NCBI GenBank assembly: GCA_965226375.1
Contig: CBDDCX010000008.1
Coordinates: 192,001 to 256,000 of the forward strand
Source of the DNA: Longimicrobiales bacterium
GTDB lineage: Bacteria > Gemmatimonadota > Gemmatimonadetes > Longimicrobiales > Gaopeijiaceae
Length of the DNA stretch: 64,000 nt
Direction: 5' to 3'
Under the pieces are notes generated by a model. It did not search any database, was not told the DNA's origin, and saw only the letters and a program-made list of their open reading frames with translations. How positions within the stretch are numbered: the first letter of the stretch is position 1; every line of letters starts with the position of its first letter. The translations under genes were made by a program, and so were the position numbers. Below, in pieces: positions 39,081-48,743 of this stretch.

Positions 39081-40440
39081 CAGCGCACCTGATGGTTAAC
39101 ACAAGTGTGCCAGCTGATGGTTAACAGATTGGGTTACGTCCTGTGTTACCGTGGGTGTCGAAAATGACGAAGAGTTCTTCGTCAAACCACCCGAGGGTAG
39201 TGGGACCGAAGTAGACCTGCCACAGAGCGGGGCCGATGGGTTCGAGCCCGATGAACTCGTTGCCCAGAGCCGAACTGATGTTGATCCAACGCGAGTGCCA
39301 GCGGATGGCTCCGTTTGTAGAGACCTTACGGACCTCGAAGTGCTCAGGGTACTCGATGGGCGGAAGGACGTCGGGGTAGGCTCTAAGAGCCGATCGGTAG
39401 ACGGAATGGGGAGTAGCGTCGTCGAGCGCCTCGTGGGGGCGGATGTGATTGAATGTGTGGCGGAAGTCGTTGAAGTGGCGCTGCTGGGCACTGAGGTTGG
39501 CCTTGGGCGGGCGAGTGGCTTCACGCTTGAGGGTCCTGTGCATGCGTTCGTGTCGGCCGTTCTGCTGCGGCTTACCCGGCTCGATGGTCTCAGGACGGAT
39601 ACCGAGGCGGATCCACCAGGCACTCAGGCGTGTGAGGCGAGCGAGGCCGATGGAAGCGAAGGGCGTACCATTGTCGGAGCGGATGACGGCGGGCAGACCG
39701 AACTCGCGGAAAGTCCTGATGAACACAGGCTTGGCGAGCTCGATCGACGTCGACAGGGCCTTCAGCGACCCGCTATGCGCCGCCTTGCGCCACGTCGTCA
39801 GGTGCGAATACAGCCCTGTGCACTCGAGCAGGAACCGGCTGAAGCCGTCCTGGATCGTGAGGGGGTAGCAGTAGCGACCGTTGCGCATCTTGAACTGCCC
39901 TTTGAAGTCGACGGTCCAGACCGCATTGGGCTCATCCATCGCAGTGAGCGGCTTGCCGGGGTGGCCCGGTTTGCCGGAGCGTCTGCGCTTCTTCGTGATC
40001 AGGTCGTGACGCTCGAAGATGCGATCGATCGTCCTGCGAACTGGGGCCGAGCCAAACTTCTCAGCTGTGAGTTTACGGATCTTGCGTGATCCCCATCCGT
40101 AGCGCTGACGCAGGTCGACGACGTGTTCGACGATCGGCTCCTCCACGGCGTGCGGGCAGTGATGGGGTCGGCGCGATCGCTCTTGAAGTCCCTCGAATCC
40201 CTCTGCGCGGAAGCGATTCCACCAGGTGTATCCCGCGGTCCTGCTAATACCGTAGCGCCTACAGGACTCGGCGAAACTGAACGTCCGTTGTTGCACTTCG
40301 AGGATGAAGCGTACTCTTTGCTCGTACATGGTCGACCGGTTCCAGTCCATCGGGCTCTCCTTGTTGCAGAACCCTGGTTGATAGGAACCTGTCAACCATC
40401 AGTGTAGGCCATTGTGTAAAGGATCAGGGTAGGCTGTACC
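39081..40440 (-). mobile_element. IS481-family insertion sequence
   Basis: Subterminal 13-mers CTGATGGTTAACA at 39089 and 39114, inverted copies at 40390 and 40415 (25-bp spacing at both ends); GTCTGAA at 39074-39080 and 40441-40447; left end may be 39077. Confidence 0.85.
39121..40350 (-). CDS. IS481-family transposase with an 18-aa foreign insertion
   Basis: WTVDFKG, IRSDNGTPF, QNGRHERMHRTLK, RPHEAL. Confidence 0.92.
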   Translation of the reverse strand: MDWNRSTMYEQRVRFILEVQQRTFSFAESCRRYGISRTAGYTWWNRFRAEGFEGLQERSRRPHHCPHAVEEPIVEHVVDLRQRYGWGSRKIRKLTAEKFGSAPVRRTIDRIFERHDLITKKRRRSGKPGHPGKPLTAMDEPNAVWTVDFKGQFKMRNGRYCYPLTIQDGFSRFLLECTGLYSHLTTWRKAAHSGSLKALSTSIELAKPVFIRTFREFGLPAVIRSDNGTPFASIGLARLTRLSAWWIRLGIRPETIEPGKPQQNGRHERMHRTLKREATRPPKANLSAQQRHFNDFRHTFNHIRPHEALDDATPHSVYRSALRAYPDVLPPIEYPEHFEVRKVSTNGAIRWHSRWINISSALGNEFIGLEPIGPALWQVYFGPTTLGWFDEELFVIFDTHGNTGRNPIC

Positions 40441-41304
40441 GTCTGAATCCGCACTCCGTCACTCCTCCGGACTTTCGAACCCAAGGTATCCGAGTTGGAA
40501 GGGAAGCGGGTGACCGGCCTCCGCAGAATCGGGAAGCGGGTGGTTTGCGAGCTGGAGGACGATCTCTTCGCCGTGATTCATCTCATGATCTCCGGCCGCT
40601 TCCAGTGGAAGGAGCCGGGCGCTCCGATTCCCAAGAAGCGAGCGCACGCTGCCCTGGATTTCCCCAACGGGACGCTACTCCTTACTGAGGCCAGCTCGCA
40701 CAAGCGTGCCTCTCTCCACGTGGTCCGAGGCGAGGAGGCGCTCGCCGCTCTCGATCCGGGTGGGGTCGAGCCCCTCGAGGTGGGACTCGCGGGCTTTCGC
40801 GAGGCCTTACTGAGGGAGAACCGTACGCTCAAACGGGCTCTGACGGACCCACGCATCCTAAGTGGGATCGGGAACGCACACTCAGACGAGATTCTCCTGG
40901 AAGCGGGGCTCTCTCCCGTCAAACGCACGCGCCAGTTGGACGACGAGGAGACCGAGCGCCTATTCGAGGCCATGCGCCGCTCCCTCGCCGAATGGGTGGT
41001 GCGCTTGCGCGAGGAGTTCGGCGAGGACTTTCCGAAGAAGATCACGGCCTTCCACCCGGCTATGGGTGCCCACGGGAAGTTCGGTGAGCCGTGCCCCCGA
41101 TGCGGTGCGCCTATTCAGCGGATCGTGTACGGGGAGCGTGAGACCAATTACTGCGCACCCTGCCAGACAGGCGGAAAGCTCCTCAAGGATCGGGCCTTGT
41201 CGCGCCTGTTGCGAGAGGATTGGCCCAGGACCCTCGAGGAGCTCGAAGAGGGATTGGACTCCCGTGGGAAGAGTCCCTGAACAGAGGAGTGGTGGGCTTG
41301 GGCC

Positions 41305-41970
41305 CTACTCCTCGTCGTTCTCCACCTCGATCTCCACGTCGACGTCTCCGGCCTCCTGCCGTCGGCGGGCCCGCCGACCCCGTCGTGCTTTCTCACGCCT
41401 CGGGTCACGGCGCCGCTTCCGCGCTTCCCGCCGGGTCTCCTTCATGTCGTGAACCGCCTGCTCGAGGATCTCGTTCATCCTGGCCAGGTCCTCAGGCTCC
41501 GCGCCCCATTGGAGCGCCTGGTCGAACGTCAACTGCGCCAGTCGAGAGAACGACTTCGAGAGCTCCTTCATGTCCCGGCCGAAGAAGCGGTCCGTGAAGT
41601 GCTCGACTCGCTCGAAGACATCGTCGATGACGTCCTCGTTCTCGTCGAGATAGGCCTGCCCCTCGTCGGTGATGGAGTAGATCTTCTTGCCGCCCTGCTC
41701 CTCGACGGTGACGTAGCCCTCGTCCTCCAGCAGCTGGAGGGTCGGGTATACCGACCCGGGACTCGGTCGGTAATACCCCGCTGATTCTTTCTCGAGCGCC
41801 TTCATGACTTCGTACCCGTGCATAGGCTGCTCGGACACGAGCCGCAGGATGACGAACTTCAGGTCACCCCGCTCGAAGATCTTCCACTTCGCGTGCCGGC
41901 CGCGGCGGTGGCGCCGCGGACCGAACATGAAGGCGTCGAAGTCGAAATTGAAGTCGGATGCACAAAACAT
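41305..41970 (-). CDS. PadR-family (YqjI-like) regulator
   Basis: RGDLKF, HGYE, PSPGSVYPTL, KIYSIT; GGAGG RBS. Confidence 0.9.
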   Translation of the reverse strand: MFCASDFNFDFDAFMFGPRRHRRGRHAKWKIFERGDLKFVILRLVSEQPMHGYEVMKALEKESAGYYRPSPGSVYPTLQLLEDEGYVTVEEQGGKKIYSITDEGQAYLDENEDVIDDVFERVEHFTDRFFGRDMKELSKSFSRLAQLTFDQALQWGAEPEDLARMNEILEQAVHDMKETRREARKRRRDPRREKARRGRRARRRQEAGDVDVEIEVENDEE

Positions 41971-42001
41971 CTCCCAAACCTCCACTGAAACTTGAATATC
42001 G

Positions 42002-42058
42002 TACCGATATATCGTAACTGCATGTCATTACGATACACTTACCGATATATCGTGTCAA
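42002..42058 (-). promoter_or_regulatory. Sigma70 promoter with two CGATATATCG operators
   Basis: Minus strand TTGACA-17bp-TATCGT; TACCGATATATCGT at 42002-42015 and 42040-42053. Confidence 0.75.
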
Positions 42059-42140
42059 CGGGTGCCAAGAAAAACGCCGGAGGGATTTGGCCCTCCGGCG
42101 TCTCTCCCGGCAAGTGGGAGCGGTACTCCCAAGAGCACTG

Positions 42141-43403
42141 TCAGAGGTTCCTGCGACCTCTCGGCTTGGCCTTCCGGCCGGAGGCCTTCGACCCTGACGA
42201 AGAGGAGCCGGATCGGGACGGTGCCGCCGACGCCCCACCGGAGGAGCTGCTTTGCGGTCGAGCAGACGACCCCGAAGAGCTGCTCCGATCACCTTGGGTG
42301 TAGCCACGGCCCCTCACGGCTCTTGCAGACGTCCCTTGGGGTTGGTGCTGGCGACGTCCCACCACCACGACGGTCGGGCGGTAGGTGCCGTAGGCGCCGT
42401 AGCCGAATCCGTAGCCTCCGTAGCCGATGCCATATCCGAATCCGTACCCGTAAGGCGAGTAGTATCCGTACCCGGCATACGGGGAGTAGAAGGGGCTCAA
42501 GAAGAAGGGGTCGTAATAGAGCCCGCTTCCGTAATGCCCTCGCCTCGCCCCGTAGTGGGGCCCTGTCCCCATGCGCTCGGATTCGGCCAGCTCGGTGCCG
42601 TCCTCCATGCGGCGGTTCACAACGAATTGATCGGGATAAGAGACCGCCACCACCATGTCGATGACACTCTCCGGTACTCCGGCGTCCGCCATCGAGATCA
42701 ATTGGACGGCATCCACCCTGAACTGGTCGCCCCGTTCGACGACCCAGGTCTCAACCGCCTTCGCTGACATGTGCGCCGCGGCGTCGACTACGTCTTCAAT
42801 GGTGAGAGGAGACGATGCGGCGACCCGGGCGAACTGTTGGGTCATGATCCGATCCGCGGCGATGCCTTCGAGACCGGCCGCCTCGACCGCCTCTGGGGTG
42901 GCCAACTGGTATCGGAGTACCCACGGGACACTCTCTCCGGCTACATCGACGGTGCGCACGTCCATCCACTCATACGGCGACAGCATCGACATGAGGCCCG
43001 CGGACGTCTGTTCAAGACCACCCTCGCACACGAACTCGGCACGGAGGTAGAGTCGGTAGCCGATGTCGGAGAAGGTCGTCCGCTCCCAACCCTCACACCC
43101 CTCCCGACTGGTCTGTCGGTTCATCCCGTCAGCGTGGATCACCTGCTGAGACACGATCTCGCCGTCGACCACACTCAGCATCTCAACGCCCTCTCCACCC
43201 GCAGCGGAGCGCAAACACAGCATGGGCGCATCACGGTCATCCGTCCCCGTCATGGGCTCCCAGCACCCGAACCAAGGAAGCCATCGGGCGTCGTAGTCTA
43301 CATCCTGGGTCGCTGCCGGCTGTGCGACCGCCATGACCAGTACACTGGTCAGGAGCCCTCTGGTGATCACCGTCCAAACGTCTCGATGCGCGTTAATCAT
43401 CAC
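42141..43403 (-). CDS. Secreted hypothetical protein with Gly/Tyr-rich and Ser-rich tail
   Basis: Signal peptide; WLPWFGCW; low-complexity C-terminus. Confidence 0.75.
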   Translation of the reverse strand: MMINAHRDVWTVITRGLLTSVLVMAVAQPAATQDVDYDARWLPWFGCWEPMTGTDDRDAPMLCLRSAAGGEGVEMLSVVDGEIVSQQVIHADGMNRQTSREGCEGWERTTFSDIGYRLYLRAEFVCEGGLEQTSAGLMSMLSPYEWMDVRTVDVAGESVPWVLRYQLATPEAVEAAGLEGIAADRIMTQQFARVAASSPLTIEDVVDAAAHMSAKAVETWVVERGDQFRVDAVQLISMADAGVPESVIDMVVAVSYPDQFVVNRRMEDGTELAESERMGTGPHYGARRGHYGSGLYYDPFFLSPFYSPYAGYGYYSPYGYGFGYGIGYGGYGFGYGAYGTYRPTVVVVGRRQHQPQGTSARAVRGRGYTQGDRSSSSGSSARPQSSSSGGASAAPSRSGSSSSGSKASGRKAKPRGRRNL

Positions 43404-43417
43404 CTGTCCCTCTCCGC

Positions 43418-44179
43418 CTAGAAGCGAAACGACAATCCGATAGTAGCCTGGAAGCCACCGAGATCGATACCGTCGAAGTCTATGAAATCGCTATCCATGT
43501 CCATCTTTCCCCAGGAATACCGCCCTTCTCCGGTCATCACCACTTTGGTACTCAGCGAGACGTCCAAACCGGCGAACACGTGCGCCGTACCGGTGGTACC
43601 CTCGGACGAGAGAACGGCACCGAAGACGTCGAGGGTCTCGAAATCTACGAAGTCGCCCTTCTGCTCGAACTCGTACCAGATCGCGCCGCCTCCGGCTCCC
43701 ACGTAGGGAGACCAACGCTCCGGCACCCAAACGAACTGGCTCACCGAACGGCCTCGATCCCGTATGTAGAACTTGGCGCTCAGCGTCATGGGGACCCGTG
43801 TGAACTTTGTGGTCTGTTCAATGGGCAAGTCGTCGAGGTCTACCCAGTCACGGAATTCGGACCGTTGGTCGGTATGGGTCACACCAACTTCGGCACTGAC
43901 GTCGAGACGCTCGGTCGCCCGCACTGCGAATTCTGCTCCCCATGCGGAGGAAGCGAAATCGTTCGTGTCGAGTGTGAGTTGCTCGCGGGCGAAATCGAAG
44001 ATCTCACTCCTGGCTTGAGCAACCGCGTACCCGCCTTTGATGCCGAAGGAGTAGGCGGGCCTCCGGAAGAGGAACCCGGGACCGCCCGACTGTGCCGAGG
44101 CAGCCACCGGCACCGCAAGCGCGGCGGCGAGCGCTGCCAGGTAAACCCTCCGCCGAAGTCGAATGCGGTGAGTGTTCAC
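43418..44179 (-). CDS. Outer-membrane beta-barrel protein
   Basis: GGAGG plus GTG; signal peptide; PYVGAGGG; terminal FRF. Confidence 0.82.
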   Translation of the reverse strand: MNTHRIRLRRRVYLAALAAALAVPVAASAQSGGPGFLFRRPAYSFGIKGGYAVAQARSEIFDFAREQLTLDTNDFASSAWGAEFAVRATERLDVSAEVGVTHTDQRSEFRDWVDLDDLPIEQTTKFTRVPMTLSAKFYIRDRGRSVSQFVWVPERWSPYVGAGGGAIWYEFEQKGDFVDFETLDVFGAVLSSEGTTGTAHVFAGLDVSLSTKVVMTGEGRYSWGKMDMDSDFIDFDGIDLGGFQATIGLSFRF

Positions 44180-44470
44180 GTTGTACCTCCAGGCTATGAC
44201 CCGACGTTTGACATTACCTCCGAGTACGTTCCCCGACCAGGGTAATGCGTCTTGAGCACTGTCCCACTGCAGCCTCGTCGGGCAAGATGCATGCCGACCG
44301 TTGAAACCCGGGAATACGGTGTGTTTCTTGGCTCGAGGGCTCGTTCGTGTGACCTGTGGGCGGGACAGTGGTGTCACCCGGTGCGGACGGCCCAGGGCCG
44401 TCTCTCTGGCCGGGACGGGGGCGGGAGCCCATCCTATCCGGTATTCCACGTACTCGCTTCTTCTTGCCGG

Positions 44471-46894
44471 ATGGATCGTATGTCTTCCCGACGCCGCACC
44501 TTGTCGTTGCTCACGTGTCTGCTGCTGGCAGGCTCCACCGCACTCCTTGCTCAGGATCGCTACGCCAGCTCGGTAGGGGTCGTGGGTGGCGACGTGCTCG
44601 TCATGAAGGCCCGGTTCGGTCAGGGGCCGGCTTCGCTCTACGTATACCGACCTGCGGGGGACGGCACGTGGGAGTTGACGGACCGGTTGAGCTCCGCCGC
44701 CGGAGCCTCTACGGGTGAGGGCTTCAGCCCCTCCATGACCGTCTCCGGCGATCTGCTCCTGGTAGGGGCCGGCGATGCGGAAGGACGCTGGGGCGCCCAT
44801 GCTTTCCGGCGGGGCGCTCAAGCGGATTGGGGAAGGGCAGAGAGTGTCGGCCTGATCGAAGGTGAACCGGTAGCGGGCGAGTGGAATGTCGCCGCCCTTT
44901 TCCAGATCATGCAGCCGCCTGCCCGAGCCGTCGCTTCGGACGGGAATCGGGCCCTCGTCGCGGTCGTGGGTGGCCCTAGGCGTGGGGCCGGGGTGCGTGT
45001 CTTCGAGCGGGACGACGGATCCGAGAGTTGGGTCCAGCGGGCCCGGTTCGAGCGTACCGAGATCGAGGCGAACGATCGCTTCGGTGCGGCTCTCGCACTC
45101 TCTGGCGATGTTGCGATCATCGGTGCGCCCGAGCACGGTGACGCGGGCGCCGTCTATACGTTTGTGCGAGATTCGCGGTCCGGCGAGTGGATGCAGGAGT
45201 TGATTCTCGCGGCAACGGATGTGGCGCCGGAGAGCCGATTCGGAACCACCGTGGCCTTCGATGGGAATGTGGCGTTGGTAGGAATTCCCGGCACCGCCGA
45301 GACCCGTGGCAGCGTGCGCGTCTATTCCCGGGATCCGGGGACCGGCGCTTGGACTGAAGAGCGGAGTCCGTCGTCATCCGACGGATCGGCCGGAGACGGG
45401 TTCGGGACCAGCCTGGCGCTGGGAGAGAACGAGCTGCTGATCGGGGCGCCCGGAGGCCGCGAAGGCACGGGAAGCATAAGTCGCTTCGTTCGCGATTCGA
45501 GCGGAGGGGCTTGGCGGTCGGCGGGCGAGCTCCCGGCTGCGGGTGCGGCGCCCGGGTTTGCTCTGGGAGCGGCGGTGGCCTTGGGCGAGGACGTGGCGGT
45601 TGCCGGCGCACCGGGTGCCGCCTTTGGGAGAGGAGAGGCGGCGGTGTATACCAGAACGTCCGACGGCGGCTGGAGCCAGGCCGAGTGGCTCAGCCTCACG
45701 TCGGATCTGAAGTTGATCGCCGGTGAGGAAGTGCCCTGCTCCGACGGGAGGGCCGAGCGCTTCGAATGCAGCAACGTGGATCTTCTCGCGTTCATGCCGA
45801 TCGAGGAGCTGGGGTTACGTCCCGGTGCCGGAGGCCCACTCGGTGGCGTCTCCGACGTATGGGGCTGGACCGACCCGGAGACCCGGCGTGAGTACGCGTT
45901 GGTGGGGCGCCGTGGTGGCGCCGGAATCGTCGATATCACGAATCCCAGCTCTCCCACCTATCTCGGGCTGGTGTTGGCCGAGGGGGGCTCAGCGCAGGAC
46001 ATCAAGGTATACGCCGACCACGCCTTCTTCATCGGAAGCGGAAATACCGGTATGGGGGTGTTCGACCTGAGCAGGGTCCGTGATGTGACCAATCCTCCTG
46101 TCACCTGGGACATCGACGCCCGCTACGACGGAATCGCAGCTGCCCACAACCTCGTGATCGATACGCAGAGTGGCTTTGCCTATCCCGTGGGAGCCTCTGG
46201 AGGTGGTGACACCTGTGGCGGCGGCCTTCACATGATCGATATCCGGGCTCCGTTGAATCCGACCTTTGTCGGGTGCTACACCGATACCGAGGGGCTCATC
46301 TGGCAGGGCCGCACCCACGATGCCCAGTGCGTCGAGTACAGCGGGCCCGACGAAGATTTCCATGGGCGCCAGGTCTGCTTTGCCTCCAACGAGACGGCCC
46401 TTCGCATCGTGGACGTCACCGATAAGGATGCGCCGATACCTCTCGCCGCGGCGACCTACCCGGGCATGGCGTACATCCATCAGGGCTGGCTGACGGATGA
46501 CCAGCGCTACTACTACATGAACGACGAGTTGGACGAGCTCACCGGATTGGCGCCCACCACCCGAACGCTGGTGTGGGACGTGGCTGAGCTGGACGACCCC
46601 GTTCTGGTGAACGAGTACTTCGGTCCGACCAGAGCCACCGATCACAACCTGTACGTCAAGGGCGATCGCATGTACCAGGCCAACTATCAGGCCGGGTTCA
46701 GGGTCGTGGACATCAGTGATCCCGAAAATCCCGAGGAAATCGGCTTCTTCGACACGACGCCGTACGAGGGTAATCCACCCACCATGGGCGGGGCGTTCAG
46801 TGCGTACCCCTTCTTCGAGAGTGGAACGGTGATCGTGACCAGTTCCCAGGAGGGGCTCTTCATTCTCCGTCCGGCCAGGAGGCCCGTGTTCTAG
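44471..46894 (+). CDS. Choice-of-anchor B family protein with FG-GAP-like repeats
   Basis: FGAALAL..GAP repeats; SDVWGWTDPE, IHQGWLT, DHN, YQANYQAG. Confidence 0.85.
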   Translation: MDRMSSRRRTLSLLTCLLLAGSTALLAQDRYASSVGVVGGDVLVMKARFGQGPASLYVYRPAGDGTWELTDRLSSAAGASTGEGFSPSMTVSGDLLLVGAGDAEGRWGAHAFRRGAQADWGRAESVGLIEGEPVAGEWNVAALFQIMQPPARAVASDGNRALVAVVGGPRRGAGVRVFERDDGSESWVQRARFERTEIEANDRFGAALALSGDVAIIGAPEHGDAGAVYTFVRDSRSGEWMQELILAATDVAPESRFGTTVAFDGNVALVGIPGTAETRGSVRVYSRDPGTGAWTEERSPSSSDGSAGDGFGTSLALGENELLIGAPGGREGTGSISRFVRDSSGGAWRSAGELPAAGAAPGFALGAAVALGEDVAVAGAPGAAFGRGEAAVYTRTSDGGWSQAEWLSLTSDLKLIAGEEVPCSDGRAERFECSNVDLLAFMPIEELGLRPGAGGPLGGVSDVWGWTDPETRREYALVGRRGGAGIVDITNPSSPTYLGLVLAEGGSAQDIKVYADHAFFIGSGNTGMGVFDLSRVRDVTNPPVTWDIDARYDGIAAAHNLVIDTQSGFAYPVGASGGGDTCGGGLHMIDIRAPLNPTFVGCYTDTEGLIWQGRTHDAQCVEYSGPDEDFHGRQVCFASNETALRIVDVTDKDAPIPLAAATYPGMAYIHQGWLTDDQRYYYMNDELDELTGLAPTTRTLVWDVAELDDPVLVNEYFGPTRATDHNLYVKGDRMYQANYQAGFRVVDISDPENPEEIGFFDTTPYEGNPPTMGGAFSAYPFFESGTVIVTSSQEGLFILRPARRPVF

Positions 46895-47062
46895 TGACAG
46901 GACAGTAGGACTGGACGGAAAAAGGCGGAGATACGCGATCACTCGGGGCCGGGGTCTTGGGAACCGGGCTTTTCGATTTTATCTTCGTGGATTCATCTGA
47001 CGGCAAGTGTCCGGGACGACTCGCGACGGTCGTCAATGTGTACACTCGAGTAGGGGATTGGA

Positions 47063-47440
47063 ATGAAGCGGATATCCTTGACGTTTGCCGGGCTCGCGAT
47101 CGCCCTTATTGCTGCTCCGAGCCTACAGGCGCAGATGCCTGACGGCGTTACCGATGCGATGGTGGCAGAGGGACAGACGGTCTTCATGGGTGCGGGATTG
47201 TGCGCCGCGTGCCATGGAATGGACGGAAGCGGAGCGATCGGTCCGAATCTCACCGATGGCGAGTGGCTGATCGGCGACGGGACGTATCAAGCGCTCGTCG
47301 ATCAAATCACCCAGGGGGTCTCCGCGGCGGAGGCCACGAACGCCATGGGTGCCATCATGCCGCCAAAGGGTGGCTCGGCCATCACCGATGACCAGGTGAA
47401 GGCAGTCGCCGCATACGTCTGGACGCTGAGTAACGGTTGA
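47063..47440 (+). CDS. Monohaem c-type cytochrome
   Basis: Signal peptide; CAACH; GPNLTD; MPPKG. Confidence 0.92.
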   Translation: MKRISLTFAGLAIALIAAPSLQAQMPDGVTDAMVAEGQTVFMGAGLCAACHGMDGSGAIGPNLTDGEWLIGDGTYQALVDQITQGVSAAEATNAMGAIMPPKGGSAITDDQVKAVAAYVWTLSNG

Positions 47441-47463
47441 CCGACGGGCAAGACTGAGGTGGG

Positions 47464-47500
47464 AGGGCCCGCCGGACTTCGTGTCCGGCGGGCCCTTCGT
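47464..47500 (+). terminator. Intrinsic terminator-like hairpin
   Basis: 14-bp stem AGGGCCCGCCGGAC/GTCCGGCGGGCCCT, 5-nt loop, weak U tract. Confidence 0.7.
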
Positions 47501-47542
47501 TCTTCGAGACCGCAGTATACAGTCGGTGCCCGGCCAGTGAGG

Positions 47543-47559
47543 ACTTTGTTGGACAGAGT
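47543..47559. promoter_or_regulatory. Candidate operator for the downstream winged-helix regulator
   Basis: ACTTTG-N5-CAGAGT near-palindrome. Confidence 0.5.
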
Positions 47560-47596
47560 ACTTGTCGACACCGGGCCTCTGGCCTAGCATTCTGAC

Positions 47597-48253
47597 ATGT
47601 TCTCGACAGGCCGCCTTCAAGACACCGATTCGTCCGCCGGATCCGGTCCCCCGTCCGACACCGATCGTGGTGTGGCTCCGGTCCAGCTTCATACGCGGGC
47701 CATGGACAACCTCGAGTACATCCGCGACACGATGGAGAGCTCGGGGCAGTTCACCGCCCTGTCGGGTCTGGGATCGATCTTGCTGGGCATAGTGGGCTTT
47801 GCCGCAGCGCCTATCGCCTCGGCTCAGCCTACCCATGAAGGGTGGCTACTCACCTGGCTCTTGGCTGCCGCAGTAGCGGTCCCGTTGGGTGGATCCGCGG
47901 TGCTGCGGAAGACCAAGCTGGCCGGAGTACCGCTGTTGAGCGGGCATGGGCGCAGGTTCGTGCTGGGTCTTGTCCCGGCATTGGTGACGGGAGCCCTCGT
48001 CACCCTGGCTCTCTTCCGTGCCGGGCTCTTTGACCTGATGCCCGGTTGTTGGCTGCTCATGTACGGGGCGGGCGTGGTTACGGCCGGCACGTTCTCGGTG
48101 CGCATCATTCCCCTCATGGGCGTCTCGTTCATGTTGCTCGGGGCCGGTGCGCTCTTTGCTTCGGCCGTCTGGGGGAATGGCTTCATGGCGGTCGGGTTCG
48201 GCGGGATTCATGTCTTGTTCGGGATTCTCATCGCCAGGAGGTACGGTGGCTAA
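47597..48253 (+). CDS. 6-TM membrane protein
   Basis: NLEYIRDTME; GFGGIH; overlaps the regulator start. Confidence 0.8.
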   Translation: MFSTGRLQDTDSSAGSGPPSDTDRGVAPVQLHTRAMDNLEYIRDTMESSGQFTALSGLGSILLGIVGFAAAPIASAQPTHEGWLLTWLLAAAVAVPLGGSAVLRKTKLAGVPLLSGHGRRFVLGLVPALVTGALVTLALFRAGLFDLMPGCWLLMYGAGVVTAGTFSVRIIPLMGVSFMLLGAGALFASAVWGNGFMAVGFGGIHVLFGILIARRYGG

Positions 48254-48644
48254 ACCCAAACGGCGGCCGGAGAGGGAGGGGGCCGCGGAGCCTATCCTGA
48301 TGAGCGTTTCGGGTGGGAGTATGGGAAATCCTCTGGCCCTGGATCGGGTCATTCACGAGCGCCTTCGCCTGGGAATCGTCAGTGCGTTGGCCGTGAACGC
48401 TACCTTGACCTTCAAAGAGCTCAAGGAGGCCATGGGAGCGACCGACGGGAATCTGAGCGCGCACGCCAGGAAGCTCGAGGAGGCCGGTTATATGGCTTGT
48501 ACCAAGTCATTTGTGGGCCGCGTCCCACGCACCGAGTATTCGCTTACGGATCTCGGGCGCGATCGCTTTGAAGAATATCTCGCTCACCTTGAAGCGCTCA
48601 TCCAAGCGGCGAAGGGCCCTCCTGTTTCTGATTCGGGACCGTAG
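48246..48644 (+). CDS. Winged-helix regulator (HTH_34 type)
   Basis: LDRVIHERLRLGI, TDGNLSAH.RKLEEAGY. Confidence 0.88.
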   Translation: MAKPKRRPEREGAAEPILMSVSGGSMGNPLALDRVIHERLRLGIVSALAVNATLTFKELKEAMGATDGNLSAHARKLEEAGYMACTKSFVGRVPRTEYSLTDLGRDRFEEYLAHLEALIQAAKGPPVSDSGP

Positions 48645-48743
48645 CCTTCCAACCTGCCGGCCACACCGGCCGTCCAATTCTGTGTCACGGTGGACCGGTC
48701 TACGGCCCACCCTGGAGTTCACTGGACGGGAACGAGGTCGGGT

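Larger units (their letters stand above)
38999..41280 (+). pseudogene. Fpg/Nei DNA glycosylase interrupted by IS481
   Basis: MPEFPEI at 38999; same frame resumes at 40447 (IRTPSLLRT..HLMISG, GIGNAHSDE, Zn finger CPRC..CAPCQ). Confidence 0.9.

Noticed and set aside
40412..40420. TTGTGTAAA in the IS481 end matching the IS1595 target
   Set aside because: A 9-bp match within an IS481 subterminal box; no insertion there, likely chance.
44180..45136. 5' extension of the 572-aa minus-strand ORF
   Set aside because: Antisense to the choice-of-anchor B gene; RBS and signal peptide point to GTG 44179.
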